Assembly: GCA_965227775.1 (NCBI GenBank)
Contig: OZ245777.1
Location: forward strand, 2,816,001-2,880,000
Source: Phycisphaerales bacterium
GTDB taxonomy: Bacteria > Planctomycetota > Phycisphaerae > Phycisphaerales > UBA1924
Direction: 5' to 3'
DNA: 64,000 bases
Positions 49,761 through 60,302 of this stretch are shown in pieces. The notes below the pieces were generated by a model. That model was not told where the DNA came from. It did no database searches and saw nothing but the letters and a program-made list of their open reading frames with translations. Each line of letters starts with the position of its first letter. Within the stretch, counting starts at the first letter, position 1. A program made the translations under genes and the position numbers.

Positions 49761-51289
49761 CTGCGTGTGCGAACGACCGCACTCTTGCGGCGTCCACCGT
49801 TGGCGTACTCGACGCGGACACCGCTATCGAGGTCGGCCCGCCGCATAACCGTGATGAGCTGCTCGACAGTGCGCACCTCTCGGTCATCAATCGCCAGGAT
49901 GACATCGCCGGGCTTGAGGCCCAGCGCATCGGCGGGCGTCTGCGGTTCGACCGCGATGACGTACACGCCCTGCCCGGGCATGCCCGGCAGGTTCAGCGGC
50001 ATCGATTCGTCGATGGTCAGGCCCTGCACGCCGAGCGTGTCGACCGTCTGGGCTCGCTCATCGAGGATGCGCTGGAGCTCCGCCTTCTTGGCCTCTTGGG
50101 CCAGACGGATGAGCTGGTCGCCACCGGTCACTTCGGCCTCAAGCCGGAGCACCTGACCATCGCGGATGATCTCGAGGGTCATGGGGGTGCCGGGTCTCGT
50201 CAGGCCGACGAGGTTCCGCAGCCGGTTGAAGTTCTCGGTCTGCCGCCCGTTGATCGAGACGATGATGTCCCCGGGCAGCACGCCCGCCAGGTCGGCCGGG
50301 CCATTCTCGATGACTGTTTGCACGTACACGCCGATCGGCAGGTTGCGGCCAGTCTCGGCGGCGACGTCGGTCGTATTGACGAGGTCACTAACACCGAGGA
50401 AGCCCTGCTCAAGCTGGCCAGTCTCACGGATGTTCTCGAACACGCTGGTGGCGATGGCGCTCGGGATCGCAAAGCCGATGCCCACCGAGCCGCCGCCCGA
50501 AGAAGCGATCATCGAGTTGATGCCCACGAGTTCTCCGTGCAGGTTGACGAGCGGGCCACCACTATTACCCGGGTTGATCGCGGCATCGGTCTGGATGAAC
50601 TCCTCGAAGCGATCGACGCGCTGGCGGGTCGCCATACGCGGCGCGAGACCACTGCGGCCCTTGGCGCTCACGATGCCTGCGGTCACGGTGTGATCGAGCC
50701 CAAAGGGGCTGCCGACCGCGACCACCCAGTCGCCCACCTGCAACGCATCGCTGTCGGCGATGCGCGCGGGCGTCAGGTCGCTCGCGTCGAGCCTGAGCAC
50801 CGCCAGGTCGGTGCCGGGGTCAGACCCGATGATCTGGGCGGCGACCTCTCGACCGTCCGCCAGCGTGACAACGACCTCGTCGGCGCCCTGAATCACATGG
50901 TGATTCGTGAGTGCGTAGCCGTTGGCGGTCACGATGACACCCGAACCCACGCCCGAGGGCAGCGTCTCCTGCTGGCGGGTCACGCGCCCGAAGCGGTCGC
51001 GCACGCGGCGGGTCACCTGGCGAGCGGTCTGGATGTGGATGACCGAGGGCTCGATGGTCTGAGAGGCGTGGCGAAAGACGCGGCTAAGGCTGCCGGCAAA
51101 CGCCACGTCGGCCCGCACCTTCTCGGGCACGTTCTGGTCGGGTGAACCAGCTGGGTCGTTGGCGTAGATGAGGCCAGACGGCGTTGCACGGCCCTGCTGG
51201 GCACCCGCATCTCTGGGGAGCAGCGATGAGGCGATACCAGTTACGGCCACCATGACAACGGCGCAGAGAACGGTCATCCTGATCGACAT
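49757..51289 (-). CDS. degP: DegP/HtrA serine protease with two PDZ domains
   Basis: Signal peptide; GSGVI, TNHHV, DLAVL, QTDAAINPGNSGG; two PDZ-like regions. Confidence 0.93.
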   Translation of the reverse strand: MSIRMTVLCAVVMVAVTGIASSLLPRDAGAQQGRATPSGLIYANDPAGSPDQNVPEKVRADVAFAGSLSRVFRHASQTIEPSVIHIQTARQVTRRVRDRFGRVTRQQETLPSGVGSGVIVTANGYALTNHHVIQGADEVVVTLADGREVAAQIIGSDPGTDLAVLRLDASDLTPARIADSDALQVGDWVVAVGSPFGLDHTVTAGIVSAKGRSGLAPRMATRQRVDRFEEFIQTDAAINPGNSGGPLVNLHGELVGINSMIASSGGGSVGIGFAIPSAIATSVFENIRETGQLEQGFLGVSDLVNTTDVAAETGRNLPIGVYVQTVIENGPADLAGVLPGDIIVSINGRQTENFNRLRNLVGLTRPGTPMTLEIIRDGQVLRLEAEVTGGDQLIRLAQEAKKAELQRILDERAQTVDTLGVQGLTIDESMPLNLPGMPGQGVYVIAVEPQTPADALGLKPGDVILAIDDREVRTVEQLITVMRRADLDSGVRVEYANGGRRKSAVVRTRS

Positions 51290-51412
51290 GCGCACCTCCT
51301 GGAGTGTCTGCACAATGACACTATTGGCCACGCCGTGGCCTTGTTCATAAACATTGGGACGCGCGGCCTTGGCGTTGCTGTCGATAGGAATTTAGTAGGG
51401 TCATACGGACAG

Positions 51413-52123
51413 CTATGTTCCCCGGCGATCGCCAAAGAGCTCGATGTGGAGCCGATGGCAGTACCGCCACCCTCGCTCCATGCACGCATCCACCAACCAG
51501 CCGAGTCCGGCGGGGTCAGGCGTCGAAACACCCTCGGGCATCAGCAGCACGTCTCGTGGATCGACCTCGGCAAGCGTCTCGAGGAGCGATTCAATCTCGG
51601 GCAGGTCAGCCGGCGACGACACCACGAACTTCAGCTGCCGTTGCGGGTGGTCGGCGAGCAGGGCGTGCAAGGCCCCCGGGTTCATGCGACGCTGCTCGTG
51701 CCGCACGGCCAAAGCGCCGCTGGGGTCGCGAGGGTCGCCGGTCGGCGTGCTGTTGGCCAGCTTCGGGCTCAAACTCAGAAGATCGCAGTGGACGGGCATG
51801 TGCACCGTGCCGGCGGTCTCGATGGTGACATGCACGCCCGCATCCGCCAGTCCGCGTGCGAGGTCGGCGATCTCCTTGAAGATCATCGGCTCGCCGCCGG
51901 TGAGCACGGCGTGGCGGACACCACTGGCTCGCGACTCGGCGAGCAGGTCCGTAATCGTGCGTTGCTCGCCCTGAGGATCCCAGCTTGCGTAGGGCGTGTC
52001 GCACCAGCCACACCGAAGGTTGCAACCGGCGACGCGGACGAACCATGAGGGCACGCCCGTCAGCTTGCCCTCACCCTGGATGGACACGAAGGTCTCGGCG
52101 ATGGGCAGTGTCGCCTCGCTCAT
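51413..52123 (-). CDS. queE: 7-carboxy-7-deazaguanine synthase (radical SAM)
   Basis: FVSIQGEG, CNLRCGWCDT, LTGGEP, IETAG, SLSPK. Confidence 0.93.
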   Translation of the reverse strand: MSEATLPIAETFVSIQGEGKLTGVPSWFVRVAGCNLRCGWCDTPYASWDPQGEQRTITDLLAESRASGVRHAVLTGGEPMIFKEIADLARGLADAGVHVTIETAGTVHMPVHCDLLSLSPKLANSTPTGDPRDPSGALAVRHEQRRMNPGALHALLADHPQRQLKFVVSSPADLPEIESLLETLAEVDPRDVLLMPEGVSTPDPAGLGWLVDACMERGWRYCHRLHIELFGDRRGT

Positions 52124-52809
52124 GCGTACCTCGTTGGATCGGCGACGCCTGCGGCCTCGAAGCCGCGGCGGCGCAGGATGCACGCGTCGCACCGGCCGCA
52201 GGCGAGCGGCCCTTGCTCGTCGCGGATGGGGTCGTAGCACGAGGTGGTGAGCGAGAGATCGGCACCGGCATCCACTCCGGCGCGCACGATGTCGGCCTTG
52301 CTCAGCAACAAGAGCGGTGTGCGAATCGCCAGCGGGCTGGCCTCTTGCGTGCCACGACGCGTCGCGAGCGTTGCCGCCTCGGAGAACGCCTCGATGAAGT
52401 CCGGCCTGCAGTCGGGGTAGCCCGAGTAATCGACCGCGTTCACGCCGATCCACACCTCTTCGGCCTCGAGCGTCTCCGCGTACGCGGTGGCAATCGACAG
52501 GAACACGAAGTTGCGCGCCGGCACGTACGTTGAGGGAATCTCGCCCGAACCGGGGTCGGGCTGGTCCTTGGGAACCGCGCCGCCGGTGGTCAACGCTGAG
52601 CCGGAAAACGGCGCGACATCGAGTGCGTAGACCACATGCGAAGCGGCACCGAGGTTCTTCGCGAGCAAAGCCGCGCACTCAAGCTCAACCTTGTGGCGCT
52701 GGCCGTAATCGAAGGAGAGCGCGTGGCACTCGCGCGATTCCTGCTGCGCGAGCGCAAGGCAGGTGGCGCTGTCAAGTCCGCCGCTGAGGAGCACGACCGC
52801 CCGGGTCAT
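52120..52809 (-). CDS. queC: 7-cyano-7-deazaguanine synthase
   Basis: SGGLDS, FDYGQRH, TYVPARN, YPDCR, SCY...CGRCDAC. Confidence 0.96.
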   Translation of the reverse strand: MTRAVVLLSGGLDSATCLALAQQESRECHALSFDYGQRHKVELECAALLAKNLGAASHVVYALDVAPFSGSALTTGGAVPKDQPDPGSGEIPSTYVPARNFVFLSIATAYAETLEAEEVWIGVNAVDYSGYPDCRPDFIEAFSEAATLATRRGTQEASPLAIRTPLLLLSKADIVRAGVDAGADLSLTTSCYDPIRDEQGPLACGRCDACILRRRGFEAAGVADPTRYA

Positions 52810-53540
52810 CGGGCATCCGCGATCTTCGTCAGGATCGCGCCCCTTGGCGTCGCGCCCAGTTCCTTGAACTTGCGCTCGAAGTTGCTTCCGATGAGACCGC
52901 CCTCGGGTGCTGATGGCAGCTTGGGCAGATCGCCTAACGAGAACGGCGTCGCCTCAAAGCCGTTGGGCACGCCCCGGCACCACGATTCGAACTGCCACTC
53001 ATAGAACGCCCAGAGCTCATCGTGGTCGGTTGCCAGACGCAGCTCGCCGCCCTCTTCGAGCACACGCCAGCAGTCGGCCAGGAAGCCGTCCTGCAGCACG
53101 CGATTCTTGTGGTGCTTTCGCTTGGGCCAGGGGTCGGAGTAGTACAGGTGGATCGTCCGCACGCAGCCGTCGGGCACGCGCCACTTCAGGAAGGCGACCG
53201 CATCGCCGCGCAAGACGCGTGCGTTCGCGAGCACGCCCGAGTCTCTGTGCCTACGCACGCGGTCGGCGGTGTAGAAGTAAACGTCGGGGTCCTGCTCGAT
53301 CGCGAGGAAGTTGCTCCCGGGCCGCTCACGCGCAGCCTCAACAAGATAGCCACCCTTGCCGGGGCCAACCTCGATCTCCAGGGGTCGCTCTGGGTGATCA
53401 AACCAACGCGACGGATCGGCCTTCGCGGCATCGGGGCGCACGAGCAGATCATCGGGAAGGCTGCCGAGTTCCTCCTTGGCGACCCCCACCACGCCCGGCG
53501 CGTCGTCGAGGGCCTTGCCACGTCCCAGGTCGCTTGGCAT
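52806..53540 (-). CDS. trmB: tRNA (guanine-N7)-methyltransferase
   Basis: LEIEVGPGKG, DPWPKRKHHKNR, LATD, SNFERK. Confidence 0.9.
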   Translation of the reverse strand: MPSDLGRGKALDDAPGVVGVAKEELGSLPDDLLVRPDAAKADPSRWFDHPERPLEIEVGPGKGGYLVEAARERPGSNFLAIEQDPDVYFYTADRVRRHRDSGVLANARVLRGDAVAFLKWRVPDGCVRTIHLYYSDPWPKRKHHKNRVLQDGFLADCWRVLEEGGELRLATDHDELWAFYEWQFESWCRGVPNGFEATPFSLGDLPKLPSAPEGGLIGSNFERKFKELGATPRGAILTKIADAR

Positions 53541-54139
53541 CAGCCCGCCTCCGCGGCTGTCAGGGTCTTGCTCAAGATGAGGCTCTGGTAGTTGGTGTAG
53601 GGCCACTGCCAGGTCTGCACCACGCGGTATCCTCGTCGCTCGTAGTACCCGCGCAGCGGTACGTCGGGCTCGGCCATACTGAGCGCCAGCTCTCGCGCAC
53701 CAATTTCGAGCGTTGCTTGTTCCACTTGGGCCAGCAAAGCAGAACCCACCCCGCCGCGCTGCAGCGACGGATCGACGGCAAACTGCGAGAAGTGGGTCAC
53801 GTCGGACCGCAGGAACCAGGGCGGGAAGGCCGCATCCTCGCGTTCCTGGAAGAGGATGGCCCCGAGCAAGCGCTCGGCAAACCGGGCCGAGGGCGGGCCG
53901 CCGGCCGGCCTGAGAGCAACGAACGTCTGGCCGCGGTAGCACCGCTGGCGGGTGATCTCGACGGATTGGCGGCCGGCCAGCGGATCCATGCCTCGGTCGC
54001 GCTGATTCTTGTATGAGCGATGCAGCAACTCCGTGATCGGCGCGATCGGGTCGGTCGCCAGCAACGGGCGCACTTCGACCTTGGGTGCGGCGGCCACGGC
54101 CGGCGGGGCTTGGGGTTGGCTTGTGTCAGGTTCGGCCAT
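53540..54139 (-). CDS. GNAT-family N-acetyltransferase
   Basis: QFAVDPSLQRGGVGSALL (motif A), YYERRGY. Confidence 0.88.
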   Translation of the reverse strand: MAEPDTSQPQAPPAVAAAPKVEVRPLLATDPIAPITELLHRSYKNQRDRGMDPLAGRQSVEITRQRCYRGQTFVALRPAGGPPSARFAERLLGAILFQEREDAAFPPWFLRSDVTHFSQFAVDPSLQRGGVGSALLAQVEQATLEIGARELALSMAEPDVPLRGYYERRGYRVVQTWQWPYTNYQSLILSKTLTAAEAG

Positions 54140-54211
54140 GCGGCGAGCCGTCGCCTCCTTCGTCGAGCGCGAACATGTTCGTGCGGGAAACGGTAACGCT
54201 AGACTCGCCGC

Positions 54212-54679
54212 GTGCCCGCAACGAACCCCAACCATGCCGTTCTCGAGGGGCGTTCATCGCTCACGGAGGTCCGCGTGCGGTACTGCGAGTGCGATCCCAT
54301 GGGGGTTGCCCACCATGCGAGCTTCGTGCCCTGGCTGGAGATGGCCCGAACCGAGGCCCTGCGGGCGGCAGGCAAGACGTACGCCCAGATGGAGGCCTCC
54401 GGTGTGTTCCTGGTGGTGACGAGGCTGGAAATCTCGTACAAGCGCCCTGCGCGATATGACGACGTGCTCCGCATCGCATGCAGGGCGAGTATCGCCGGCC
54501 GGGCCCGTCTGCGGCACGACTACGAGATCCATGTCTCCGAGCCGGGCGATGGTGACACCGGGCGTGTGGGAGATCGGCCCTTGGTGACTGCGACGACCGA
54601 GCTGGCCTGCGTGGACGCGAGCGGGCGGCCCACCCCAATGCCGGCGTGGCTTGTCGAGATCGTCGAGGCACGGACGTAG
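54212..54679 (+). CDS. Acyl-CoA thioesterase (YbgC/4HBT family)
   Basis: RVRYCECDPMGVAHHASFVPWLEMAR, YKRPARYDD. Confidence 0.88.
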   Translation: MPATNPNHAVLEGRSSLTEVRVRYCECDPMGVAHHASFVPWLEMARTEALRAAGKTYAQMEASGVFLVVTRLEISYKRPARYDDVLRIACRASIAGRARLRHDYEIHVSEPGDGDTGRVGDRPLVTATTELACVDASGRPTPMPAWLVEIVEART

Positions 54680-54704
54680 CAGAGGCCGACCCCACGGAGC
54701 ACGC

Positions 54705-57700
54705 ATGGCCCGACGTTCGGACGAATCTGACACGCCGAAGAAGCAGCGATCGTGGCTGCGCCGGTGGTTCGTCCGCCTCGTGCTCTTTGCCATCATCTTC
54801 GGCGTGCTCGGCGCGATAGCCGGCGGGCTGCTACTGACCCCGGCGGCGGGCGTCGTGCTTCGGCCCAAGCTGGCACAGGAACTCGGCGTGCGTGTCGAGG
54901 GTGGGTCGCTCAAGCTCGATATGGGCGGCGACATCATCATCCGCGACGTGATGTTCCGCACGCCCGAACCTGTGGAGGCGACCGACCCTCGGGGCGAGGC
55001 ATCCAAGATACTGCACGTCAGGAGCGGGCGCATCCTGCTCGCCTGGCGCGGCAAGCTACGGGGAGCGCCGCTGGTACGACGCGTCGAGGTGTTCGACGCG
55101 GACGTTCGCCTCACCAAGCCGTTCGACGACTTCGACCTCAACATCCTGTCCATCGAGCCGCCGACCGGAAGCGGCACCGGAGGCGATCCACTACCGAGCA
55201 TCATCGTGCATCGCGCCAGCGTTCTGCTCGGCGAGCACGATCGCGATGGCAACATCACGGAGCTGCGCACGCTGCCCATCGTCGCGTCGTTGCGCAATTC
55301 TCGTGAGATGCCCGGCGCGTTCGATGTCACGGCGTTCGAAGACCCGAAGCTCAGCACGAGCGCGAAGCCGTTGAGATTCGAGGGTCAGCTTGGGCCCGAC
55401 GGATTCAGGGGGACGCTCGGCGGCATCGACATGGCGGACTTCCCCCCCACCGCGATCCCGCTGCAGCTCCGCGAAGCGTACGAGAATCTGCGCATCGGGG
55501 GGCGCACGCGCGGCGCAACCGTCCGGTACGACGAAGCCACAGACGTGCTGGAACTCGTGCTCGACGTGCGGGCCGGATCATCGCTCCAGGCGCCCTTCCC
55601 TGAGGACACCGACATCGACGCGCGGCTGGACCTGCGTGTGCCGGTGCCCGTTGATGAGGAGGGCACGCTGCGGCCGCTCATCCCCACAAGCGGCAGCGGC
55701 TTGGTCCGGCTCGTGCAAAGGCCGGCGCCCTCGAGCGGACAGGTTGTGCCGTGGAGCACTCTGCAGGCCCCGCCCGAGCCGGGCGAACCGGGCGTCGGCA
55801 AGCGCACGCTGATGCTTGAGGGCAATCTGAGCAGCACGATCGAAGACCTTGACGTCGATATTGAGGTGCGGCTGTGGCTGGGCAACGGCGAGCCGCTGTA
55901 CGAGTTCGAGGTCGCCACAATTGAGCCCTACCGCTTCTCGACAGAGGCGCCGTGGCTGCAACGACCGGCACCCGTGCTGGAAAAGGTCTCCCAGGTGCTC
56001 GGGCTGTTCGAGCCGAGCGGCGTTGTGTCGCTCTCGGCCAGCGTGTCACAAGTAGCCGACGGAGACGGCGTCCGGCAGGATGTCACCGGCCGGGGAGCGA
56101 TCCGCGATGCGGGGATGCGGTTCAAGTACTTCCCGTATCCCGTGCGCGGGGTCAGCGGCTCCGTCGAGATCGATGACGGCACGATCCGCCTCCTGGGCCT
56201 GCGCGGCGCGACGCCGGGCGGCGCGCCGGTGATCGCATCGACGATCATCACACTCGATGAGATTGCCACCGGCGTCGAGGTCGACGTGCGGGCCAACGGC
56301 GTCACATTCGACCAGACGCTGCAGGAAACCCTCGATCGAATTGCGCCCGAGATCCGCGAGATCGTCCTGAATGAAGCCGCGTTGCAGGATCTGTACGCCC
56401 AGGGGCTCGTGCGACGCCCGGGCACGCCAGGACGGGCTCCCGAGTTCTCGCTTGGTGGCCGGGCCGACGCGCACGTACAAGTGAAGCGGCAGACGGGCGT
56501 CGACAACAGCACGACGGTGCACGTCGAAGTCCGCAGCAACGAGCTCAGCTTGCTGCCCGAGGCCTTCCCGGTACCTCTCCTCGCACGGGACGTGCTGCTG
56601 ACTGTCGACGTGCCATCGGAGCAGGACACAATCCTGAAAGGAAAGCCGCGCAGCGTCCGTGTTGCCGTACAAGACGCTGGCGCGACGACCCTCGCGGGGG
56701 GCAGCGGTGCCACGAGCGTTATCGTCGAGGTGCCAATCGATGATCCGCCCGGAGTTGATCGCTCTACCACGGTTGACGTCTCGATTGATGCGGCTGGTGT
56801 GCCCATCCATGCTGCATTGCTAGCCGCGGTACCCGACAGCAACGATGAAGACAGCGGGCCACGCAAGCTGCTCGAGGACCTGGGCCCCCGCGGCAACATT
56901 GATGCGCAAGTGCGCGTGACGCGTGATTCGGCCGGCGACCTGGACTGGTGGGCCGAGATCCAGCCGCAGCTCGCCACGCTCAGCCCTCAAGCGATCGAGC
57001 GGCGCCGCCCACTTGTGATCAACAGCGTGGGCGGATCGTTCCGTGTCGATGGCGAGGGGCTCAGCGGCGAATTGACCGGTGAGGCATCGGTCGGCGGCCG
57101 TGTCAACGCGAACGTGCGGGCAGACTTTGAAGACGATTCTGTGCTCGCTGTCGTGACCACCCAAGACCTGAACCTGCAATCGCCCGTCGAGGACGCGGTG
57201 GCCGTGTTTGCGCCGGATCTTGCAGAAGATCTCTCCGTCGCACGCGACATGTTCGACGTACGAGGCTTTGCCGACCTTGCCACAAGCGTTCGAAAGGTCG
57301 GCGAGGATATGTCGGCCGAGGTTCGCGTGTCTCGGGTCGACGGGTTGCGCTTCGACTGGCTCGGTGGTCGCATTGGGCTTGATGAGGGACGCGGCTCGAT
57401 CATCGTTTCGACCGGTGACGAGGGGCCGATGGTCGCGTTCGATCGCGTGCTGGGCGAAGGCAGTTTCGAGGGCGAGCCGATCGGACGCGTGAGGATGCGG
57501 GGCGAGATACCGCTCAATGCGTTGCGCGAGCAGGGCAGTGTGGTGACGCGATCGACAACGCTCGACCTGGAGATCCAAGGCGGAAGGCTCGAGTCGAGAC
57601 TGCTGCGCCGCCTCGCGAGCAACCGTGACGCGCGCGAGGGCGGGTCATTTCTGGACCGCTGGGACGTACGCGGCGAGTATGACGCGCTCGTCGCTCTGCG

Positions 57701-59159
57701 GACGGCGGCGTACGGAGGCACAGGACCTGGTGAGTCACCGCTCCGCGAGTTCGAGATCTCGCCATACGACATTTCGCTCGTGCGCGACGGTGAGCGGTAC
57801 TTCGTGCCCTGGGCCAGTGGCGTGGTCATCGGGCGAGAGATGAAACCAAGCGAGGCGGGCCCGGGCGGCGAATCCGAGTACTCCGGAGAGATTGAGTCGC
57901 TCGTGCTGGGCGGCGACGACTGGTGGGTTTCGCTCGACGGCTACTGGTGGGCCGAGGGTGGCCAACGCAGCGAGGTCGAAGTGAGCCTCGACGGGCAGAT
58001 CCGTGCCAGCGAATCTGGGTTCGGTCGCGTCAACGGGGTTCCTGAGTCGATCCTGGGCATCATGCCTCCCGGTGTGGGACGGTCGCTCGACGCGATGGAC
58101 GCGGTGAGCCTGGGCGCGATGTCGATCGAAGAAGGTCGGCTGCGCATCCTGACGCAAGCCGACCGAGACACACGGATCGAGGCCGATGCGCTGCTGGGCG
58201 TCGAACACGTGGTCCTTGGGACGCGCGCCGCCGTCGAAGAGGGCGAAGATGCGTCGACCGCGCATCGCCCCATCGCGGTCCTGCGTCAAGCGGCTATCGC
58301 CATCGTCAGCGACACCGAGCACCCGACACTTCGGGCGGCGGTTGATCTTTCCGCGGCAGAGGGAACCTGCTGGGGCCTTGATGTGACCGAGGCCCAACTG
58401 CTGGCAGACGTGCGCCGTAGCGGCATCGTCTCGCTACCGGTCATCCGGGCGGTCGCGGGCGGTGGGCGCGTCGCCGGCCGTGGCACGGTGACGCTCAGCG
58501 AGGTCGAGGATGAGCGGGCCCGATACGCGGTCGACCTTGCCGGCTCCGGGCTGTACACCGAACGTGTTCTGGCGGCGCTGCAGGATCGCGAGCCCGAAGC
58601 CGTTCGTGGCGCGGGAGACCTCGACCTTTCGCTGGGTCTCGAAGGACGCGTCGGCTCGCGCGACCAATACCGCGGCCGCGGCTCGATGCGCATACGTGGT
58701 GGGGCTCCGGTCGAGTTGCCGCTCGCTATCCGCGCCGCCGTCGAAGCGTTGAACGTCAAGTTCGGGGCCAACGAGTACGACGCGATGAACGGCGACTTCT
58801 ACGTCCAGGACGGGACGCTCACCTTCACACGCCTGGCCGTGAGTTCGGACTCGGTGATCCTCGACGGCCTGGGCACGGTCGACCTGGAGGGAGGCACGCT
58901 CGACATGAGCATCACCACTCGACCAATGAGGGACAACGCCTTCCGCTCATTCGTAAGGTCGCTGCGAGACGTCATCGTCGCCGTCAATCTCCGCGGCACG
59001 CTCGACAAGCCCGCACCCGCGCCCAAACCCCAGGCGCTCGTTGGGCCGCTTGACCGGCTCCGGCGGATGATCCAGGGCGGGCAGAACTACGACGAGTGGT
59101 CGAAGGAGCGCTTGCGGCGGTACTCGCAGCAGCGCGGCGAGCCCGACAGCGGCTGGTAG
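54705..59159 (+). CDS. Large beta-rich membrane-anchored protein, AsmA-like
   Basis: Single N-terminal TM, about 1480 aa of beta-strand character, AsmA-like C-terminus (LDGLGTVDL...VNLRGTLDKP). Confidence 0.65.
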   Translation: MARRSDESDTPKKQRSWLRRWFVRLVLFAIIFGVLGAIAGGLLLTPAAGVVLRPKLAQELGVRVEGGSLKLDMGGDIIIRDVMFRTPEPVEATDPRGEASKILHVRSGRILLAWRGKLRGAPLVRRVEVFDADVRLTKPFDDFDLNILSIEPPTGSGTGGDPLPSIIVHRASVLLGEHDRDGNITELRTLPIVASLRNSREMPGAFDVTAFEDPKLSTSAKPLRFEGQLGPDGFRGTLGGIDMADFPPTAIPLQLREAYENLRIGGRTRGATVRYDEATDVLELVLDVRAGSSLQAPFPEDTDIDARLDLRVPVPVDEEGTLRPLIPTSGSGLVRLVQRPAPSSGQVVPWSTLQAPPEPGEPGVGKRTLMLEGNLSSTIEDLDVDIEVRLWLGNGEPLYEFEVATIEPYRFSTEAPWLQRPAPVLEKVSQVLGLFEPSGVVSLSASVSQVADGDGVRQDVTGRGAIRDAGMRFKYFPYPVRGVSGSVEIDDGTIRLLGLRGATPGGAPVIASTIITLDEIATGVEVDVRANGVTFDQTLQETLDRIAPEIREIVLNEAALQDLYAQGLVRRPGTPGRAPEFSLGGRADAHVQVKRQTGVDNSTTVHVEVRSNELSLLPEAFPVPLLARDVLLTVDVPSEQDTILKGKPRSVRVAVQDAGATTLAGGSGATSVIVEVPIDDPPGVDRSTTVDVSIDAAGVPIHAALLAAVPDSNDEDSGPRKLLEDLGPRGNIDAQVRVTRDSAGDLDWWAEIQPQLATLSPQAIERRRPLVINSVGGSFRVDGEGLSGELTGEASVGGRVNANVRADFEDDSVLAVVTTQDLNLQSPVEDAVAVFAPDLAEDLSVARDMFDVRGFADLATSVRKVGEDMSAEVRVSRVDGLRFDWLGGRIGLDEGRGSIIVSTGDEGPMVAFDRVLGEGSFEGEPIGRVRMRGEIPLNALREQGSVVTRSTTLDLEIQGGRLESRLLRRLASNRDAREGGSFLDRWDVRGEYDALVALRTAAYGGTGPGESPLREFEISPYDISLVRDGERYFVPWASGVVIGREMKPSEAGPGGESEYSGEIESLVLGGDDWWVSLDGYWWAEGGQRSEVEVSLDGQIRASESGFGRVNGVPESILGIMPPGVGRSLDAMDAVSLGAMSIEEGRLRILTQADRDTRIEADALLGVEHVVLGTRAAVEEGEDASTAHRPIAVLRQAAIAIVSDTEHPTLRAAVDLSAAEGTCWGLDVTEAQLLADVRRSGIVSLPVIRAVAGGGRVAGRGTVTLSEVEDERARYAVDLAGSGLYTERVLAALQDREPEAVRGAGDLDLSLGLEGRVGSRDQYRGRGSMRIRGGAPVELPLAIRAAVEALNVKFGANEYDAMNGDFYVQDGTLTFTRLAVSSDSVILDGLGTVDLEGGTLDMSITTRPMRDNAFRSFVRSLRDVIVAVNLRGTLDKPAPAPKPQALVGPLDRLRRMIQGGQNYDEWSKERLRRYSQQRGEPDSGW

Positions 59160-59216
59160 GCACCAACCGCCGCAGCACTGTCGCGCGGGCCGCCCCCCCG
59201 GCTACCCTATGGGCCC

Positions 59217-60296
59217 ATGCAGGAAGGCACCGAACGCGGCACGATCAACGAACGCCCCACGCCCAACCCCAGGGCCGACTGGCAAGCCATTGGCAAGCGA
59301 ATCGATGAGCTTGTTGAGATGGTCGCGCCTGACAACACCGAGGCGTTTGATCGCAAGCTCGTTGCCGAGCTCATGGCGGCCGGGCTGAAGCTCCTCCCCG
59401 ACGGCCGCAATAGGGGAGAGCTCAAGCTGCTGACCGCCGCCATGAAGGAGCTGCGGTACGCCTATCGGGTCTTCGGGCGATACGAGCAAGCCCAAAAGAT
59501 CACGATCTTCGGCTCGGCCCGCACGCCGGAGGACCACCCCGACTTCGAGTCATGCGTCGAATTCTCGAAGGAGATGGCCGAGGCCGGTTGGATGGTCATC
59601 ACCGGCGCGGGCGACGGCATCATGAAGGCCGGACACGTTGGGCCGGGCAAGGCCGCCAGCTTCGGCGTGGCGATCCGGCTTCCCTTCGAGACCACCGCCA
59701 ACACGGTCATCCACGGCGATGAGAAGCTCATCCACTTTCGATACTTCTTCACGCGCAAGCTCATGTTCCTGTCGCAAGCCCAAGCCGTCGCCCTCTTCCC
59801 GGGCGGCTTCGGCACGATGGACGAAGCGTACGAAACGCTCACACTCATCCAGACCGGCAAGAGCGGCATGATCCCGATCGTGATGCTCGAGGGCGGTGGC
59901 GGCGGGTATTGGGACGAGTTCCATGCCTTCGCCCGAAACGCGCTGCTGAGCCGCCAGATGATCAGCGAGGACGACACGTCGCTGTACTACCACGCCACGA
60001 GCCCTCGCGACGCTGTCAAGCACGTGCTGGATTTCTATCGAAACTACCACAGCTCTCGGTACGCGGGCGATGAGCTCATCATCCGCGTCCGCCGCCGGTT
60101 GAGCGAAGAGCATCTGGCCACGCTCAACGACGAATTTGATCGTCTCGTCAAAGAGGGCCAGATCCGCCAGGGTGGGCCGCACGAATATGAGGACGAGTTC
60201 CTCGACCTCCCACGGATTAGCTTTACCCATACCCGCCGAGATTTCGGGCTTGTTCGCAAGCTCATCGACCGAATCAACCAGCTCGACGCGTCCTGA
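59217..60296 (+). CDS. LOG-family (Rossmann-fold) nucleotide phosphoribohydrolase-like protein
   Basis: TIFGSART, TGAGDGIM, FRYFFTRKLMF, PGGFGTMDE. Confidence 0.9.
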   Translation: MQEGTERGTINERPTPNPRADWQAIGKRIDELVEMVAPDNTEAFDRKLVAELMAAGLKLLPDGRNRGELKLLTAAMKELRYAYRVFGRYEQAQKITIFGSARTPEDHPDFESCVEFSKEMAEAGWMVITGAGDGIMKAGHVGPGKAASFGVAIRLPFETTANTVIHGDEKLIHFRYFFTRKLMFLSQAQAVALFPGGFGTMDEAYETLTLIQTGKSGMIPIVMLEGGGGGYWDEFHAFARNALLSRQMISEDDTSLYYHATSPRDAVKHVLDFYRNYHSSRYAGDELIIRVRRRLSEEHLATLNDEFDRLVKEGQIRQGGPHEYEDEFLDLPRISFTHTRRDFGLVRKLIDRINQLDAS

Positions 60297-60302
60297 CCAA
60301 CC

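Noticed and set aside
49004..51145. Long antisense or alternate-frame ORFs (e.g. 713 aa here, 614 aa at 47429-49273, 519 aa at 29080-30639)
   Set aside because: Shadow ORFs expected in GC-rich DNA opposite well-supported genes; no recognisable motifs
34711..52809. queC/queE/queF as a possible 7-deazaguanine DNA-modification (dpd) defence system
   Set aside because: No dpdA/tgt-like or other dpd genes; QueF presence and linkage to trmB fit ordinary tRNA queuosine synthesis
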